Shown here one piece after another: positions 51,958-64,000 of a stretch of 64,000 nucleotides of DNA. Under the pieces are notes generated by a model. That model was not told the DNA's origin, made no database searches, and saw only the letters and a program-made list of their open reading frames with translations. The DNA comes from Ginglymostoma cirratum (Eukaryota), in the NCBI GenBank assembly GCA_024137785.1, contig JAHRHZ010000027.1:164368-228367 (forward strand). Direction: 5' to 3'. Each line of letters opens with the position of its first letter. The first letter of the stretch is position 1. The translations under genes and the position numbers were made by a program.

Positions 51958-54715
51958 TAATTTTCAGATTTTTGAACACAGTCTGGCATCTGTTCAGAAG
52001 AAGTAGGGATGGACAATAGGTGTGGCCATTCAGATATTAACTATATTTTCAAGAAAATGTTCTCACATTTCGATATTTTAAACTTCAGTCTGTAATGCAC
52101 GATCTCACACACTCTGAACTGGATTCTCGAGCGACCCAAACTAATGCTTCAAGGTCATGGGCTTGACTATCTGTATAGAATAGTTACTGTAGTAAACATC
52201 TGTTTGATTCTTCAATACCACAACATCCATCTCCAGTGCCTTGTGTAGTCAGGGATAATCTGAGCATCAGGTAAAATAACCTGCTGGATATCAAATCACA
52301 TCAACCCCCACCTGCTCCTGGGCAATAAGAGTTGGGCTATAAATACTGGCCCAGTCAGCTCTGACCATATCCATGAATGGTTAACCGAGAAAAAAATCAA
52401 AGGTGAAGATTCCTTGAGAATAAGCTGTTGAACTTGTTTTTCATTGGACGCAATTAAGGTTTCTATTTAAATCTATTTCACCTGGACAAATTGCTCAGTT
52501 ATTTTGTCAAAATAGTTGATGGCAGCGTAATAGTAGCTGAAGGTTGCTGTGATCTCAAGGAGAAATCAGTATTAGCAAAAGCTGTAACTTATTACCAGAA
52601 ATGAAAGAATTGGGGAAGTGCTAAATATCATTATTTATCATAATTTCTGGCAGTGACAAGTGGGATTTATGTAACTTTTTTAATATTGCAAAGCCTTCCC
52701 AGATGTTTGATAGAAGTACAGACAGCCAAAGCCTGATACTGGACCACACAAAGAGATATTAGCACAGGCAATCGGAAAGCAGGATTAAAGATGAGGTATT
52801 GCGGAGATTCGTGATAGAGGACAGAAGTGGAAGTGAGCAGATTTAGGAAGGAAATCTGGAGCTGAGAACCTAAAACTGCAGATTTTGGACCTGAGTGACC
52901 TGCGCAGCAGAAAAAAAAGTTAGGGGAAACATTGCACCTCCCCACCCACTATCCCTATCTGACCACCTGCCCATATCAGTTTACCAGTTCGAGAGGGCAA
53001 CTCTTTCTCAGCCCACCTTTCGCCGAACAAATTGCAGTCCGGTAGGAATGAAGACAATGAGTGCGCATTAAGGGCCTGAAATTGACAGCCATCTTTCCCA
53101 TCCTGAGCTGACATCCTAAGAAGGCATCAAGGGATGGGTACTTCCAAGTTGCCAAAGTGCCTGAATATCAAGCAATCCCACCCACTTCCCCATCACTCCT
53201 GAGGAAACAGATACACCATCTACAAACCCAAACTCTAACAATCTCAGAAACTTCATTACTACAACAGAATCAAGACAGAATAGTCAAATGCTTTGAAAGC
53301 CACCTTTATTAGTGATGATTTGATGCGTGAGTAGAGTATTGAGAATGTCAACAGGAGCGATTTGCATTTGTATAGCACCTTCCACACACTACAAAGGTCC
53401 CAGGTTATTTTTGATTGAAAAATATACCTTATTCATAACGAAACTGTTTGTACATACACAGGTACTAAAGCAATTCTGTACAGACTTTACACCATCAAGT
53501 AAAACAAACTTCAGAATCTGACATTTGCTGCATTTGCAAAAGCCAAAGGTATTTCTTACTTATGCAGGACGCTACTTACATACATTTGAGGCAATGATAG
53601 GGTCTGACACCTGAACAAATCTTCATTATATTTTGGCAGAAAAGACCTGAGACGGTCCCAAGATGTTTCACAGAAGCATTATCGAACCACATAAGGAGAT
53701 ATTAATGACAAGTCTGCTGGTAATGAAATCAGTCTCCACTTGAAACAATCCGCCATAAGGTCAATTAGACTGTTGCAAGCAATGGATTATTAAAACCGAA
53801 TAGATGATTAAAGTCCATTTCCAAATTAGACTCTCCTGCAGTTGTGACTGAAAGGCAACAGATGGCAACAAATTCTTCACAGAACGATTTAGAAACCAAA
53901 CAAAATGCACTGGAGTAGAAACTGGCTCATGTGATCTATGAGTCGGATTTCTCAATCCTACATGAGGCCAAGCCCTGAGCAGATTTGGGTCTTGACGCTC
54001 ATTTTCATTAGAGTGGAAAACTGTAGCCACTAGTGCACATCTCTTCGTGATTCACTGGTGAAGGCTGTGGAAAACAATCATACCAGACTCAAAACATTAA
54101 CTCTCGTTCTGTCCACCAGATGTTGCCGGGTCTGCTGAGTTTCTCCAGCACTTTCCAAATGTGTTCAACAAATATCAGGCTGCCGGAACAGAGGTAACCA
54201 CCTTCCAGTTACCCACATTACAGTTGCATTGAAGAGAAGATGGAGCAGCGATAGAGAGGGGCTACACCCACTTTCAGCACCCCTGCTCTTTTAAATCCCC
54301 CTTGAAAAGTACATTGTTTAATTTCATGGTTCATTCACAAGACAAGTGTTTCAGGTTAATGATGGGAGCGGCTGATTAGCACATTCGGCCAACTCTTGGA
54401 AACAGGATATTGGCATTCCATTGATATTAACTTGCTGCTTGATTTGATGAAGCAGCCAAAAATCAGCCTTCTCCAAATTACTTCCACTTTACCACACTTG
54501 CAAAAACAGTCAGAAAAAATACCCGTAAAAACATTTAAGACCAACGTAATTCATCTTGTCACTAGTTCCTCCTCATTCCTTAAAATATACTTCCTGTAAA
54601 CTTAAACAGAAAGAAACTTGAATCACCATTCTGCTTCCAGTCACATTCCTCAGTAACGTTGAGCGAAGTAATAAAGCAGGAACAATTCAATAATTTTCTT
54701 TGTGGCATTTAATAT

Positions 54716-54755
54716 ATGGATTTTGCATTCCATCTCTTCATGATGTCCTTCTCAA
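54716..54755 (+). pseudogene. Gene C: probable leader exon MDFAFHLFMMSFS
   Basis: ATG, hydrophobic leader, phase-1 donor A|GCGAGT (GC donor or mutated GTGAGT); joins the V exon as ...FS-ISGAIL; ETS-like acttcctg at about 54589. Confidence 0.55.
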
Positions 54756-56995
54756 GCGAGTGAAGACATTGCATTAAACTTTTCTGTGGAAATTATATTT
54801 GTGTGTGTTAGTCCAAACTTTAGAGAAACATGAATTGTTTGTGAGATTTCTTTCAGAACTGTTGCCTAATTATGTTTGGGATCCTTGCCATCCAATCATC
54901 CTGTAGCAAGTCCGGTTTGCAGAACACCCATTAGTTCTGGCTCAGTTGTGGAACAGTCGCCTTGGTATCCAAAACGTTAACTTCAGGAGACTTCAGCACT
55001 GAGTCCAAGGTTAACACTCCAGTTTAGGACTGATGGCTGAGACACCCGTACCTCTCTTCTCTAGTACATGGAAGAGGTATCATGTTGTTTACTTGAAGGA
55101 GATCAGAGGGATGATCTGGCCAATATTTCTTTCAATCCCTTAAAAACAAATTATTTAATTGACAGCTTACTGTGCACAAATTGGTCGAGGTATTTGTTTC
55201 TTACAATATGACAGTGTCTATACGTCCAGCATATTTTACAGGTTATAAAGCATTCTGAAGTCATTTAAGGTGCTATATAAATGCAGCCTTTCCTTATCTT
55301 TTTATCATTAGCCCAACAGCTCTTGGCAGTCTCTTAGCATCCCAGGCAGTCTCACCTCCCCCTTTCAGCCCCAGAGTATGTATTTAGCCTCTGTCAAACA
55401 GTTCAACACGATGGTTAAAGTGTGAAAAATCAAGGGCTGACCATTACCCTGTGAGTTCCACTCCTCTGCAGCAAGTCCACTTGAGCATTCTGTCCACTTA
55501 CCCACTCCTCACCTTTCAATATACTTTCAATTGCAATAATCTGATTTTAAAGAGCTATTGGGGGAAATGAAAGAGGTGTCACACTGTGTATTGTCCTCAG
55601 GTGATTTTTTTGTGCCTTGACTCACACTACGGATTATGAAGGAAACTTCTTTCATTTAGGATGAAGCAAAGCAGACTTACATCGAGCATGTGCAGTAAAG
55701 AGGGATGTTTAGAAAATCACCCTCTTGTAAAAACTCAGATACAACCTGATTGAGTACGTTGTGTCAAACCAACGTTGAAACCATCAAAAGTTTTGCGGTT
55801 TTCTGGCAGAATTGATGTGGTAGCAGGCAAGAGCAGTAGTTCTCTATATCACAGTAAGCCAGATTCTTCAGACAGGATGAGTGCTCTGTCATAGCATGTT
55901 GATTTATTTACTGCAGCTCCTTCTCATTCTTTTCTACAAATTGGAATGAGAGGAAAGTTTTTTTTTTAACTTGTGGTCATCTGATTAGTACCTGATTAGC
56001 AGAATTAAGCTTTCAGATTTTCTGGCGACTTCCTGAGTTGAAGGTTATAATGATCTGAATGATGTGGGCTCTGGCCAAATTAGGTGACAATTACAGCAAG
56101 ATCCACCTCAAAGTCGAGATCATCTCGCTCCATGGACATCTGGGTGGCCAACGATTTGCTCTCAACAAAAGAAAAAGAAATCCATGGTGTTATACAGTAC
56201 AGGCCAATGTACCAAACCAAAATACATCTGTTCAGATATTTGTAGGGACCTTTCTCATCAACATTTTATGTAACTCATTGAACATGTGATATGTAAGAAT
56301 TTCGCTCCTTGTCACATTTTATGATTTACTTTAAACATTAAGGCTGATCCTGCAAGAGTTGTGTTTTAGGAAAGTTCTGAAGATCAAACTGAATTGATAC
56401 TTCAAGTTGGCTATGGGTCAGCTCTACTCCTAATTTGCAAAGGCAACTCTTCGGACTTTGAATAGACGCACGTGTGTCAAGGTGAGAAACAATTGCACAG
56501 ATGTTGATTTTCTCATGAATTTTCTTATCTGATCACTGTTATCTGCTCCTATGTTCTACGTTTCTATGTGCAGGGGATATTTTCCCCTCATTTCACTCTG
56601 AAAAGGCTAATCCACGTTGTGAAAAAATTACCATCCAGCAGAAATAGTTTCCCTTTACCAAATGCCTTTAAAATATTGACAATTTGAAGGACCACAATGT
56701 GCCTATCTGTACAATCCCAGCCTGTAATGAAGCCCCTGGAGCTGATAGTTCTAAGGGCAGCAAGGTTCCAGTACAGAATGCTTTCTGCACAGCTTTGCAA
56801 GATGCACCGAGCACAGAAGTCCATCAGGTGCCTGTACACCATTAGAATGATCAAAGTAGGAGATTAGCTTGAAGAGTCTCAATGTACATTTTTAAATGTT
56901 AAATGTTTGAAATTCACACTCCACTGTTCATCTGTTGCAGTGATTTACTTTATTGAGTTTTAAAGCATATTGTGTCATAATTTCACACGAAACAG

Positions 56996-57361
56996 TTTCA
57001 GGTGCCATATTAACTGGACCAGCTGTCATAAATGGATCGGTGGGACAATCAGTTACTATCAGGTGTAAATACAACAAATATTACAGAACTTCTCCAAAGT
57101 ACTGGTGCAAAGGTGACAACAGGGAAGACTGTGTCATTCTAATCGAAACCCAAGGCCCGAGGAAGACAAATTCTGGTGGAAGAATAACCATAGCAGTCGA
57201 CAATGATGCAGGAGAATTCTTTGTCACGATGGAACGCTGAACAAAAAATAACCAAGAGTTGTACTGGTGTGGAATTGCAAGGTTTTTGTGGGACCTGTTA
57301 AGTCCTGTGGACTGTACATTAGTGATGGACAGACTTTCACCTCCTGGGATCCTCCCTGAAG
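56996..57361 (+). pseudogene. Gene C: CD300/pIgR-like V exon with premature TGA
   Basis: cag|TTTCAGGTGC start shared with gene B; GQSVTIRCKY, KYWCKGDNREDC, RITI; TGA at 57238-57240, after which the same frame continues TKNNQELYWCGIA (DxG decayed). The 3' end is uncertain: phase-1 GTAGGA donor after 57361, or a lost donor near 57327. Confidence 0.85.
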
Positions 57362-58605
57362 GTAGGATGTGAATAATTTCCAGTTTTCAGTGGGCAGTTG
57401 GAATCCTGGTTAGCCAGCAGAACAACAAAAGATAACATTGAGCTAAGTCTAATGGGGTGTCTCGATTCCCACCCAGGGCAGGCTGGGAATCCTATGAAGC
57501 ACAAAAACTGCTGTCTCATAGCAATCCAGTAGCCGATTGGACATTAATTGGCTGAATCCGTGTTCCTAGCTTCTGATTGGCTGGATTTCTCTGAGGGAAA
57601 TCTTCCTGTCTTTGAGGCATGGAAGTCCTATCTTCAGTTTATGGTTTCTCACTTGGACCAAGCCATTCAGCATAGGAGTGGGTGTTGGGTAAGGGAATTT
57701 AAAAGGTTATGGTAGGGTTTAGGGGTTAAATTAGAGCAGGGATTGGGGTCAAACTCACAGCAGGAGCCCTCTGATAGGCACAGAGCACCCAACATTGAGG
57801 CCACCCTCTCCACCTTGCAGCAGCTGGAGCAAGAAAATATGTCAGACTGAGCATTTGGCAAGAGTCTACCCCAGTACAGGATTGAATCCCAGCGGCTGCA
57901 GGATGGTACCCTTAAGGTTTGTTTTATATTCATTCATGGGATGAGAACGTCACTGGCTGGGCCAGCATTTATTGGTCCCTAATTGCCCTGAGGGGAGTTA
58001 AGAGTCAACCACATTGGTGTGGGTCTGGAGTCTCATGTCAGCTAGACAAGGTAAAGATGGCTGTATCCTTCCCTAAAGGACATTAATGAGTGAGATGGGC
58101 TTTTTCCTGAAAATCAGCAATGTTTTCATGGTCATCCACTCTTGATTCCCAATTTCATTTATTGAATTCAAATTCCACCATCTGCCAGAGCAGGATTTTT
58201 ACCCTGGTCTCCATAACATTATTTGGGTCTCTGGGTTCATAGTCTAATAGTCTGAATAGTCGAATAGTCTAGCAATAATACCACTTGGCCACCAGTTCCC
58301 TGTGGGGCATGAGTTGCCCAGAACTCATGGGCATCAATTGGCCGAGCTGTGGGTCAGCAGGTTTCATAAAGATGCAGGGGGCAGGACAGCGTAGGTGGGC
58401 AGCAGATGTTGGATTTGATGTACCCTCTCACTTTTAAATATGTCAGCATTAAATTCAACCTAAAATACCTCATATTCATAATAACTCTGTTCCATCAAAT
58501 TTTCCTTCTTTTTCAGTTCCAAGTCTCTGATAACTCAGACTGTCATGTATAACAATTTTATGGTAATATGATCCAATAAAAAATAATTTACACAATTTTG
58601 AACAG

Positions 58606-58654
58606 ATGTGAAGGTACGTCTTGTAGGTTCGCCTTCAGAGGAGGAAATGCTGAG
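58606..58654 (+). pseudogene. Gene C: candidate short stalk exon DVKVRLVGSPSEEEML
   Basis: aacag acceptor, AG|GTAAAT donor; phase 1-to-2 bridges the V and TM exons. Confidence 0.5.
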
Positions 58655-60611
58655 GTAAATGTCATACTTACCTAAACCTGGTCCTTTCTGAACATTTGTC
58701 TGCAGCTTTGTGATCATGCGAGAGACGGGACTCAATGGGAATTTGTGAGCATTGTGCCATGGCTGAAATATAATCGCTATGAGCAATGATGGGGAGGCTA
58801 TGGTCATTGCATTGGAACCAAGAAGGCTGAAGGATGGTTTAATTGAGGCACACAAAATTATGTGGGTCTCGAGCAGAGTCAATTGGGCAATCAAACTTTC
58901 CTGAGCAGTGTGATTGATAAGCAGGGGCCATAGGGTACAGTGTTTGGTAGAAGGTTGAAAGTGGAGATGGGGAATGCATGGTAAGGATCTGAAAGTCACT
59001 GCTCAAAGGGCTAGTTGAGCCAAAAACCCTCTCTGGTGTCCGACTAGTCAGAGATGGGAGATGGTTTGGGAGATGCATGTCAGGACTCTATTGGTAACTA
59101 ATGCACAAAGTGTTCAGGAAGTTTACATTAGTGAAGGACAGATTTTTACCTCCTGGGACCCTCCCTGAGCATTTCTGATGCTGAGCTCAAGGTGGAAACT
59201 TGGGATGGATATATGAAGCCTGCCATTTTATTTTGGTTGAATACCTGGCCAAACTGATCAGCAGTCAGTGACACCCATCTGAGCATCACAACTGGACCCA
59301 CATGATCACCCCCACCGCATGACGACAACCTCACCCCCACCCAACATCCCAACTACCCGCAGACCTGAGACCTGGAAGGGATTGTATTTTATACAGACAT
59401 ATTTGCAATATTGAACTCGCAGCCTGCTTCACATTTAGTTGGTCACTTCATGCACTCAGATGCCCAATACATCAGTTCACAGTTGCAGATGTATAAATTA
59501 CATATTTGTACTTCACTATCCTTTAGCTGGGCAAAATCATCAAATCAGGGCATTTGCAAAAATTTCCAGAGCATCAATTGGATCTCTGATTGATTTTAGT
59601 TGAAGAGTTGGACGTGGATTCTCATGAGATTCCCAATGTCTTGTCATAGCTTTGATGGTAGTTTAGAAAAATCCCCACCGAAATGTTACAAACAGCCAAG
59701 ACAGTTGGAGATCAGCTTACCATGGATTGAAATTTCACATCAGCCATTCATTACTTAGAATGATGGAGAGAAATGAAAATTTGACAGGCCCAGCAGTCAG
59801 AGGTTATCTAGCCTCAATGAAATTTTAATCCATTACATTTCTCAGAAAGCCAACAGGTTCTCATCTAATATTAGTTTTTACAACTTCCATTGTCCCACTT
59901 ACAACACTAATCCTAATACTGGCCAGGCATGTATGGCAGTGTTCCAGCCCATCCCGTCTGTTTCTTACTCACGGACTAAGGTTAAAATTACCCCCACTGT
60001 ATTTTCATTATCAATATGTACTTCATTTAAAACCCAACACCTAGCAGCATTCATTTATAATATCGGTTGAGTGCTTAAGTCAAAACATAAAAATACATTT
60101 TGTTAAGAACAAAAACCAAAATCCTGTATATGACTGCATCTGTGGATAAAACAGTTATTATCATCTCAGGTTATTATGCATCTATATCAGAAACATAGCT
60201 ACTATTTCTGTTACTGCCGAGGGACATGTTTCCTCAGTCTCCATTTCACTTTCACTTGTATCAAGTCTTTTTCAAAGCAAAGGTGGTTTGCAGAAGCTGA
60301 TCCATGTGCAATGCTATCATTACATTATGATGATTATTGAAAAAGAAACGATATTCTCCACTGTATCGCTCTTGGCACATGCAACTCGGGGAATCGTGTC
60401 TTTCCAACTTGACATTTGCTGTTGCTCACTTTAATGGATAGAATGCTATGGGTCAAAGTGTGTAAAAATGCCAGTTGATCCAGGAGAACAGAAGCAGAAA
60501 TGTTTGTGATTATCCACTGTATGTGCAGCCAAACAAATCATAGATCCAAGCTAACTCTATGGGTTCTGAAACCTATTTTGATAGAAATAATTTTGTCTTC
60601 TATCTATCTAG

Positions 60612-60708
60612 GCGAAATTCTCTGTACTGTTATATATGGAGCATTTTACGTTGGGTATTCTTTGCCATTCTCCTCATCTGGACCATTTTACTCAAATTGA
60701 AAATATAG
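60612..60708 (+). pseudogene. Gene C: activating-type TM exon RNSLYCYIWSILRWVFFAILLIWTILLKLKI*
   Basis: ttctatctatctag acceptor in phase 2; TM with Arg (CGT at 60649); 4-residue tail; GTAAGT donor at 60723, 14 nt after the stop. Confidence 0.82.
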
Positions 60709-61204
60709 TTGATGAAATATTGGTAAGTTGTTGACTTTAATAGTTTCTGGTTATCTAAGGTTAAATAAAAAATAATTGGAAGAATTCTCTATACTCATTA
60801 TAAATATTTTAAAAGAGATAATGTAACCATGCGAACATCATATTTCTGAAATCAGCATTCATCTTACTCAAAGAATATTACCAGAAAAGATATTTTATTG
60901 ATCCAGTTTTCAAAGCTTAATCGTAGATACATTTATTTCATTAACCTCCTAAATGTAAAGTACTTTATATTCAGATTATTAAACAGATGAATATTTTACA
61001 AAAGCAGAATGATAATTCCAGAACATACATTTCAAGATGTCCCAAAATACAATGGAGGAGTTCTTACTTTAATATAAAGTGTGCGGGCAGCTGGTTAAAA
61101 TGTCTAAAATTGATGATGTATTATGAAAATGAGAGCAGCCCACAAACTTGTGCATTGACTTCAGCTCAAATTCCTCTGCACAGAAGATCTCCTGGGGATA
61201 GAGA

Positions 61205-62550
61205 GGGTGATAAGGTCTCCTTCTACATGACTGCACTACTTACCCCCATAAACACCCCCCTTGCTAAGGAAACACTAACCTCGCTACTAGACGGTCCAGG
61301 GATATAGACACCTGGCAACACCAACACCATCAGCAAAGATGGCACCGTCAAACTACTGGATCTGTGCCTCACAAACCACTTCACCTTCAATGGCAAGGTA
61401 TACAGACAAATCATCGGAATACCCATGGGATCACTGATATCAGGATTAATAGAGTAAGCGTCATGCAAATACTGGAATGGACAGCAGTTCACACCATACA
61501 ACTAAAACAATGGATCCGTTATATGGATGACACCTTTGTCATTATCGAATGCTCTAAACTGGAAGAAACTAATCTACTCATAAACAACATCCTCACCGGC
61601 ATAAATTTCACCTGGGAAGAGGAGAACAACTACAGTCTCCCTTCCTGAACGTGATGCTCAAATGTAAGGCCAACAGTGATCTCCCGACCAGCATACACAG
61701 GAAGGTCACCCATATGAATCAGGTACTCAACTACAATAGCTATCATCCCAATACCCACAAACGGAGCTGCATCAAAACACTGTACAAGCGAGCTGCAACA
61801 CCCTGCAGCACCCCGATGCTATGCAAAGCTGAGGAAGAACACCTATACAGCGCCTTTAGAAACAAAGGTTACCCAAGAAGCATCGTCCTTCCATACCTAC
61901 AAAACAGACCACAACAGGAAGACACAACACATCCAGAGACACTAGTCACCCTACTATACATTAAGGACATTTCTGAGATGACCACCAGATTACTGCGCCC
62001 TGAGGAATCATGGTAGCCCACAAACTGATAGCTACACTTGAACAGCTACTGACGAGAATAACGAATCTAACAACCACAGCTAACAGAACCAACGTTATTT
62101 ACAAGATCCCATGCAAAAACTGTCAAAAACATTACATAGGGCAGACCAGAAGGAAACGAGAGATTAGGATTCACAAAAAACCAACTAGCTCCCAAGAGAC
62201 ATGGCCAACTATCACTCATTTCAATACACATGGACAAAGAGGAACGCCAAATCAAATAGGTCCTCGTAACTATCCTGGGACAAGCCATCCAAAGACATGC
62301 ACGAGAATTCCTGGAGGCCTGGCACTCAAACCAGAACTCCATTAATAAACATGTAGAGCTGGACCCCATACACCAACCACAAAGAAACAAACCCGGAAAT
62401 GATGCCACCCACCCCAGCGAATGGAGACACATAAATAACAAGCGGGACAGAACACAAACGCTTTACTGGAGGCACACTGACAATGTCACCTGGTACGGTG
62501 ACAAAACATCTGCCAACAAACTTACCAGCTCAGTAAGCAAGTCGACATCT
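61205..62550 (+). mobile_element. Penelope-like element, distinct family (RT plus GIY-YIG), decayed
   Basis: FTFNGKVYRQIIGIPMGS, WIRYMDDTFV, NVIYKIPCKNCQKHYIGQT; 3' hammerhead relic CTGACAAtgtcacc-tggtac-ggtgacAAAACATC at 62477-62510. Confidence 0.9.
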
Positions 62551-64000
62551 GCAGGGTGATAACACTAATACACAAAGACCTCACTATCACTTTGTCATTT
62601 CTGAGTGTCACTGCATTTAGAAAGGTGTCCTGAGTTTTGTGAAACTTACCAAGGAAAACAGGCTGTGACGACAATGAAATTTGAGGGACTGAACATCTGA
62701 TAGGTTAGAAATTCTTAAAATGCTGAAATCTTACAACTATTTCCTTGCCCAAGTAAACATTTTTATTCAAAGTCCCATTCTGGGAATGTGTTTTTATTGT
62801 GTTAGTAGGAGGGGGTCATGAAGTCAGCATGGACAGAGTGTGAAGAATGTGAGAGTTAGAGAGGCTGGAAGGGTTGGGTTGTAGGATTTTTAAATATATT
62901 TTGTAGTTTATTTTTTAAACTTAAGCACAGTGCCAACAGTGTCAGGACAAGCTGCAGATCAAGATGTCCTACCTCGGGACAAATGCAATGATCATTCACA
63001 CGTGTCAATGCGGAAATCAGATCCTACATGGATTTCCTCTGGGTGCTCTGTTTTCCTCCTACAGTCCAATGATCTGCAGGCTAGGTGGATTGGCCATGAT
63101 GAATTGCTGAAATGCCCATCTGTACAAACAGACAGCAAGAGTTTCTATAGCTATTTTCAAAGGAAAAGAATAAGCAAAGTGAGTGTTGGTCTTCTCGATG
63201 GTGAGACTGCAGAGTTAGAAGTACATTGTTGCTCAGAGCTCACCTTATGAAATTATCAGAAATGTCAAATCTGAGAGTGAAATCGGATTTGATAACTTCT
63301 TTTTCACTTTAGTTCATGCAGTGTTTAGTCTTTGAAAGATAGTCACGAAAGGTTACTGGACTTTCAAAAGAACAGAACAAATATTTATTACACAAAAGAT
63401 GAAATTTAAAAAAAAGGCAGCCTATCCAGGTAAACAGTTTAGCAGAATTTTAAAACACTCAACAAAGCAAAGTTTCCCACTGTTTCCCAACACTACCAAT
63501 TTACAGAGATTCAAGTTCAGAGAAATTATCCCTTTATATAAAACATTGATGTTCTTTCATCTTTCTTGACTGACGATTCCTTGTTTCTTTCCTGTGAACA
63601 GTGTGAATGTTTTACATGAATATTCACAAAACTGACAGCTTAATTTTTTTCTATTTTCTAACCAGTCTTTCCCGATTTGGAATGTTTACAATCTACTATT
63701 TTGCTGAGGTGAATTGTTCAGCGACTGCTCTGAAAAATAATGTTCCAGGAGAGAAAATATACTTGCGTCTAAACCCAGCAATGACGTCACAGAACTGAGC
63801 AAAGACTTATCGACAGTGTTTATAAACCTGTAATAAAACAGCACAGTGTAAACACTTTTCTAATGACATACAACGAAGGGGTTAGAGGCACTTGCTATCT
63901 GACTAAGGCTAGTATAGGGTCAGTGTTTCACAGGGATACTGACTTTCATTTTATTTTAAAGAGAAACCTTCGCAGAAGTATCCAGAAAGAATGGATAACT

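Noticed and set aside
55896-55945. Leader-like hydrophobic stretch LLQLLLILFYKL upstream of the gene C V exon
   Set aside because: Out of frame with the nearby ATG and no GT donor; the 54716 candidate fits better.
57238-57240. TGA as selenocysteine or programmed readthrough
   Set aside because: The position corresponds to Leu in V domains, not Cys; no SECIS recognised; other decay nearby.
59846-59927. Possible extra phase 2-2 exon KPTGSHLILVFTTSIVPLTTLILILA in gene C
   Set aside because: Acceptor is plausible but the donor is non-canonical (GCATGT) and no paralog in the window supports it.
1-64000. Prokaryotic systems, CRISPR arrays, true tRNA/rRNA genes, rearranging Ig/TCR segments
   Set aside because: None seen. 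tRNA-like boxes belong to SINE heads; the CACAGTG heptamers I checked lack correctly spaced nonamers; V exons are complete VJ-type domains with the CD300-type extra Cys pair.

Overview
Eukaryotic, repeat-rich genomic DNA. HE1-like and Deu-domain SINEs, CR1 LINEs and Penelope-like elements point to an elasmobranch (shark); this is inferred, not searched. The window holds a tandem + strand cluster of three CD300/pIgR-like Ig-superfamily receptor genes, assembled by hand from splice sites and intron phases. (A) A pseudogene tail (C2 exon 5165-5488, stalk 6243-6324, TM 7171-7261) of activating type. (B) An apparently intact 7-exon inhibitory receptor at 9898-21571 (1257 nt, 418 aa): signal peptide, CD300/pIgR-like V domain, FCRL-like C2 domain, S/T stalk, uncharged TM, juxtamembrane CxxC and four ITIM-like motifs in one exon. 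(C) A single-V, Arg-TM activating-type gene at about 54716-60708 with a nonsense codon in its V exon. The architecture recalls the modular domain immune-type receptors (MDIRs) described from skate, i.e. a paired-receptor locus under birth-and-death evolution. Most other ORFs in the supplied track are decayed retroelement fragments. The Penelope-like termini carry minimal hammerhead ribozyme cores (CTGANGA...GAAACGTC or GAAAGCTT), several in fold-back mini-elements with long target-site duplications. A solo LTR with a perfect 5-bp TSD and a Gypsy relic are also present.
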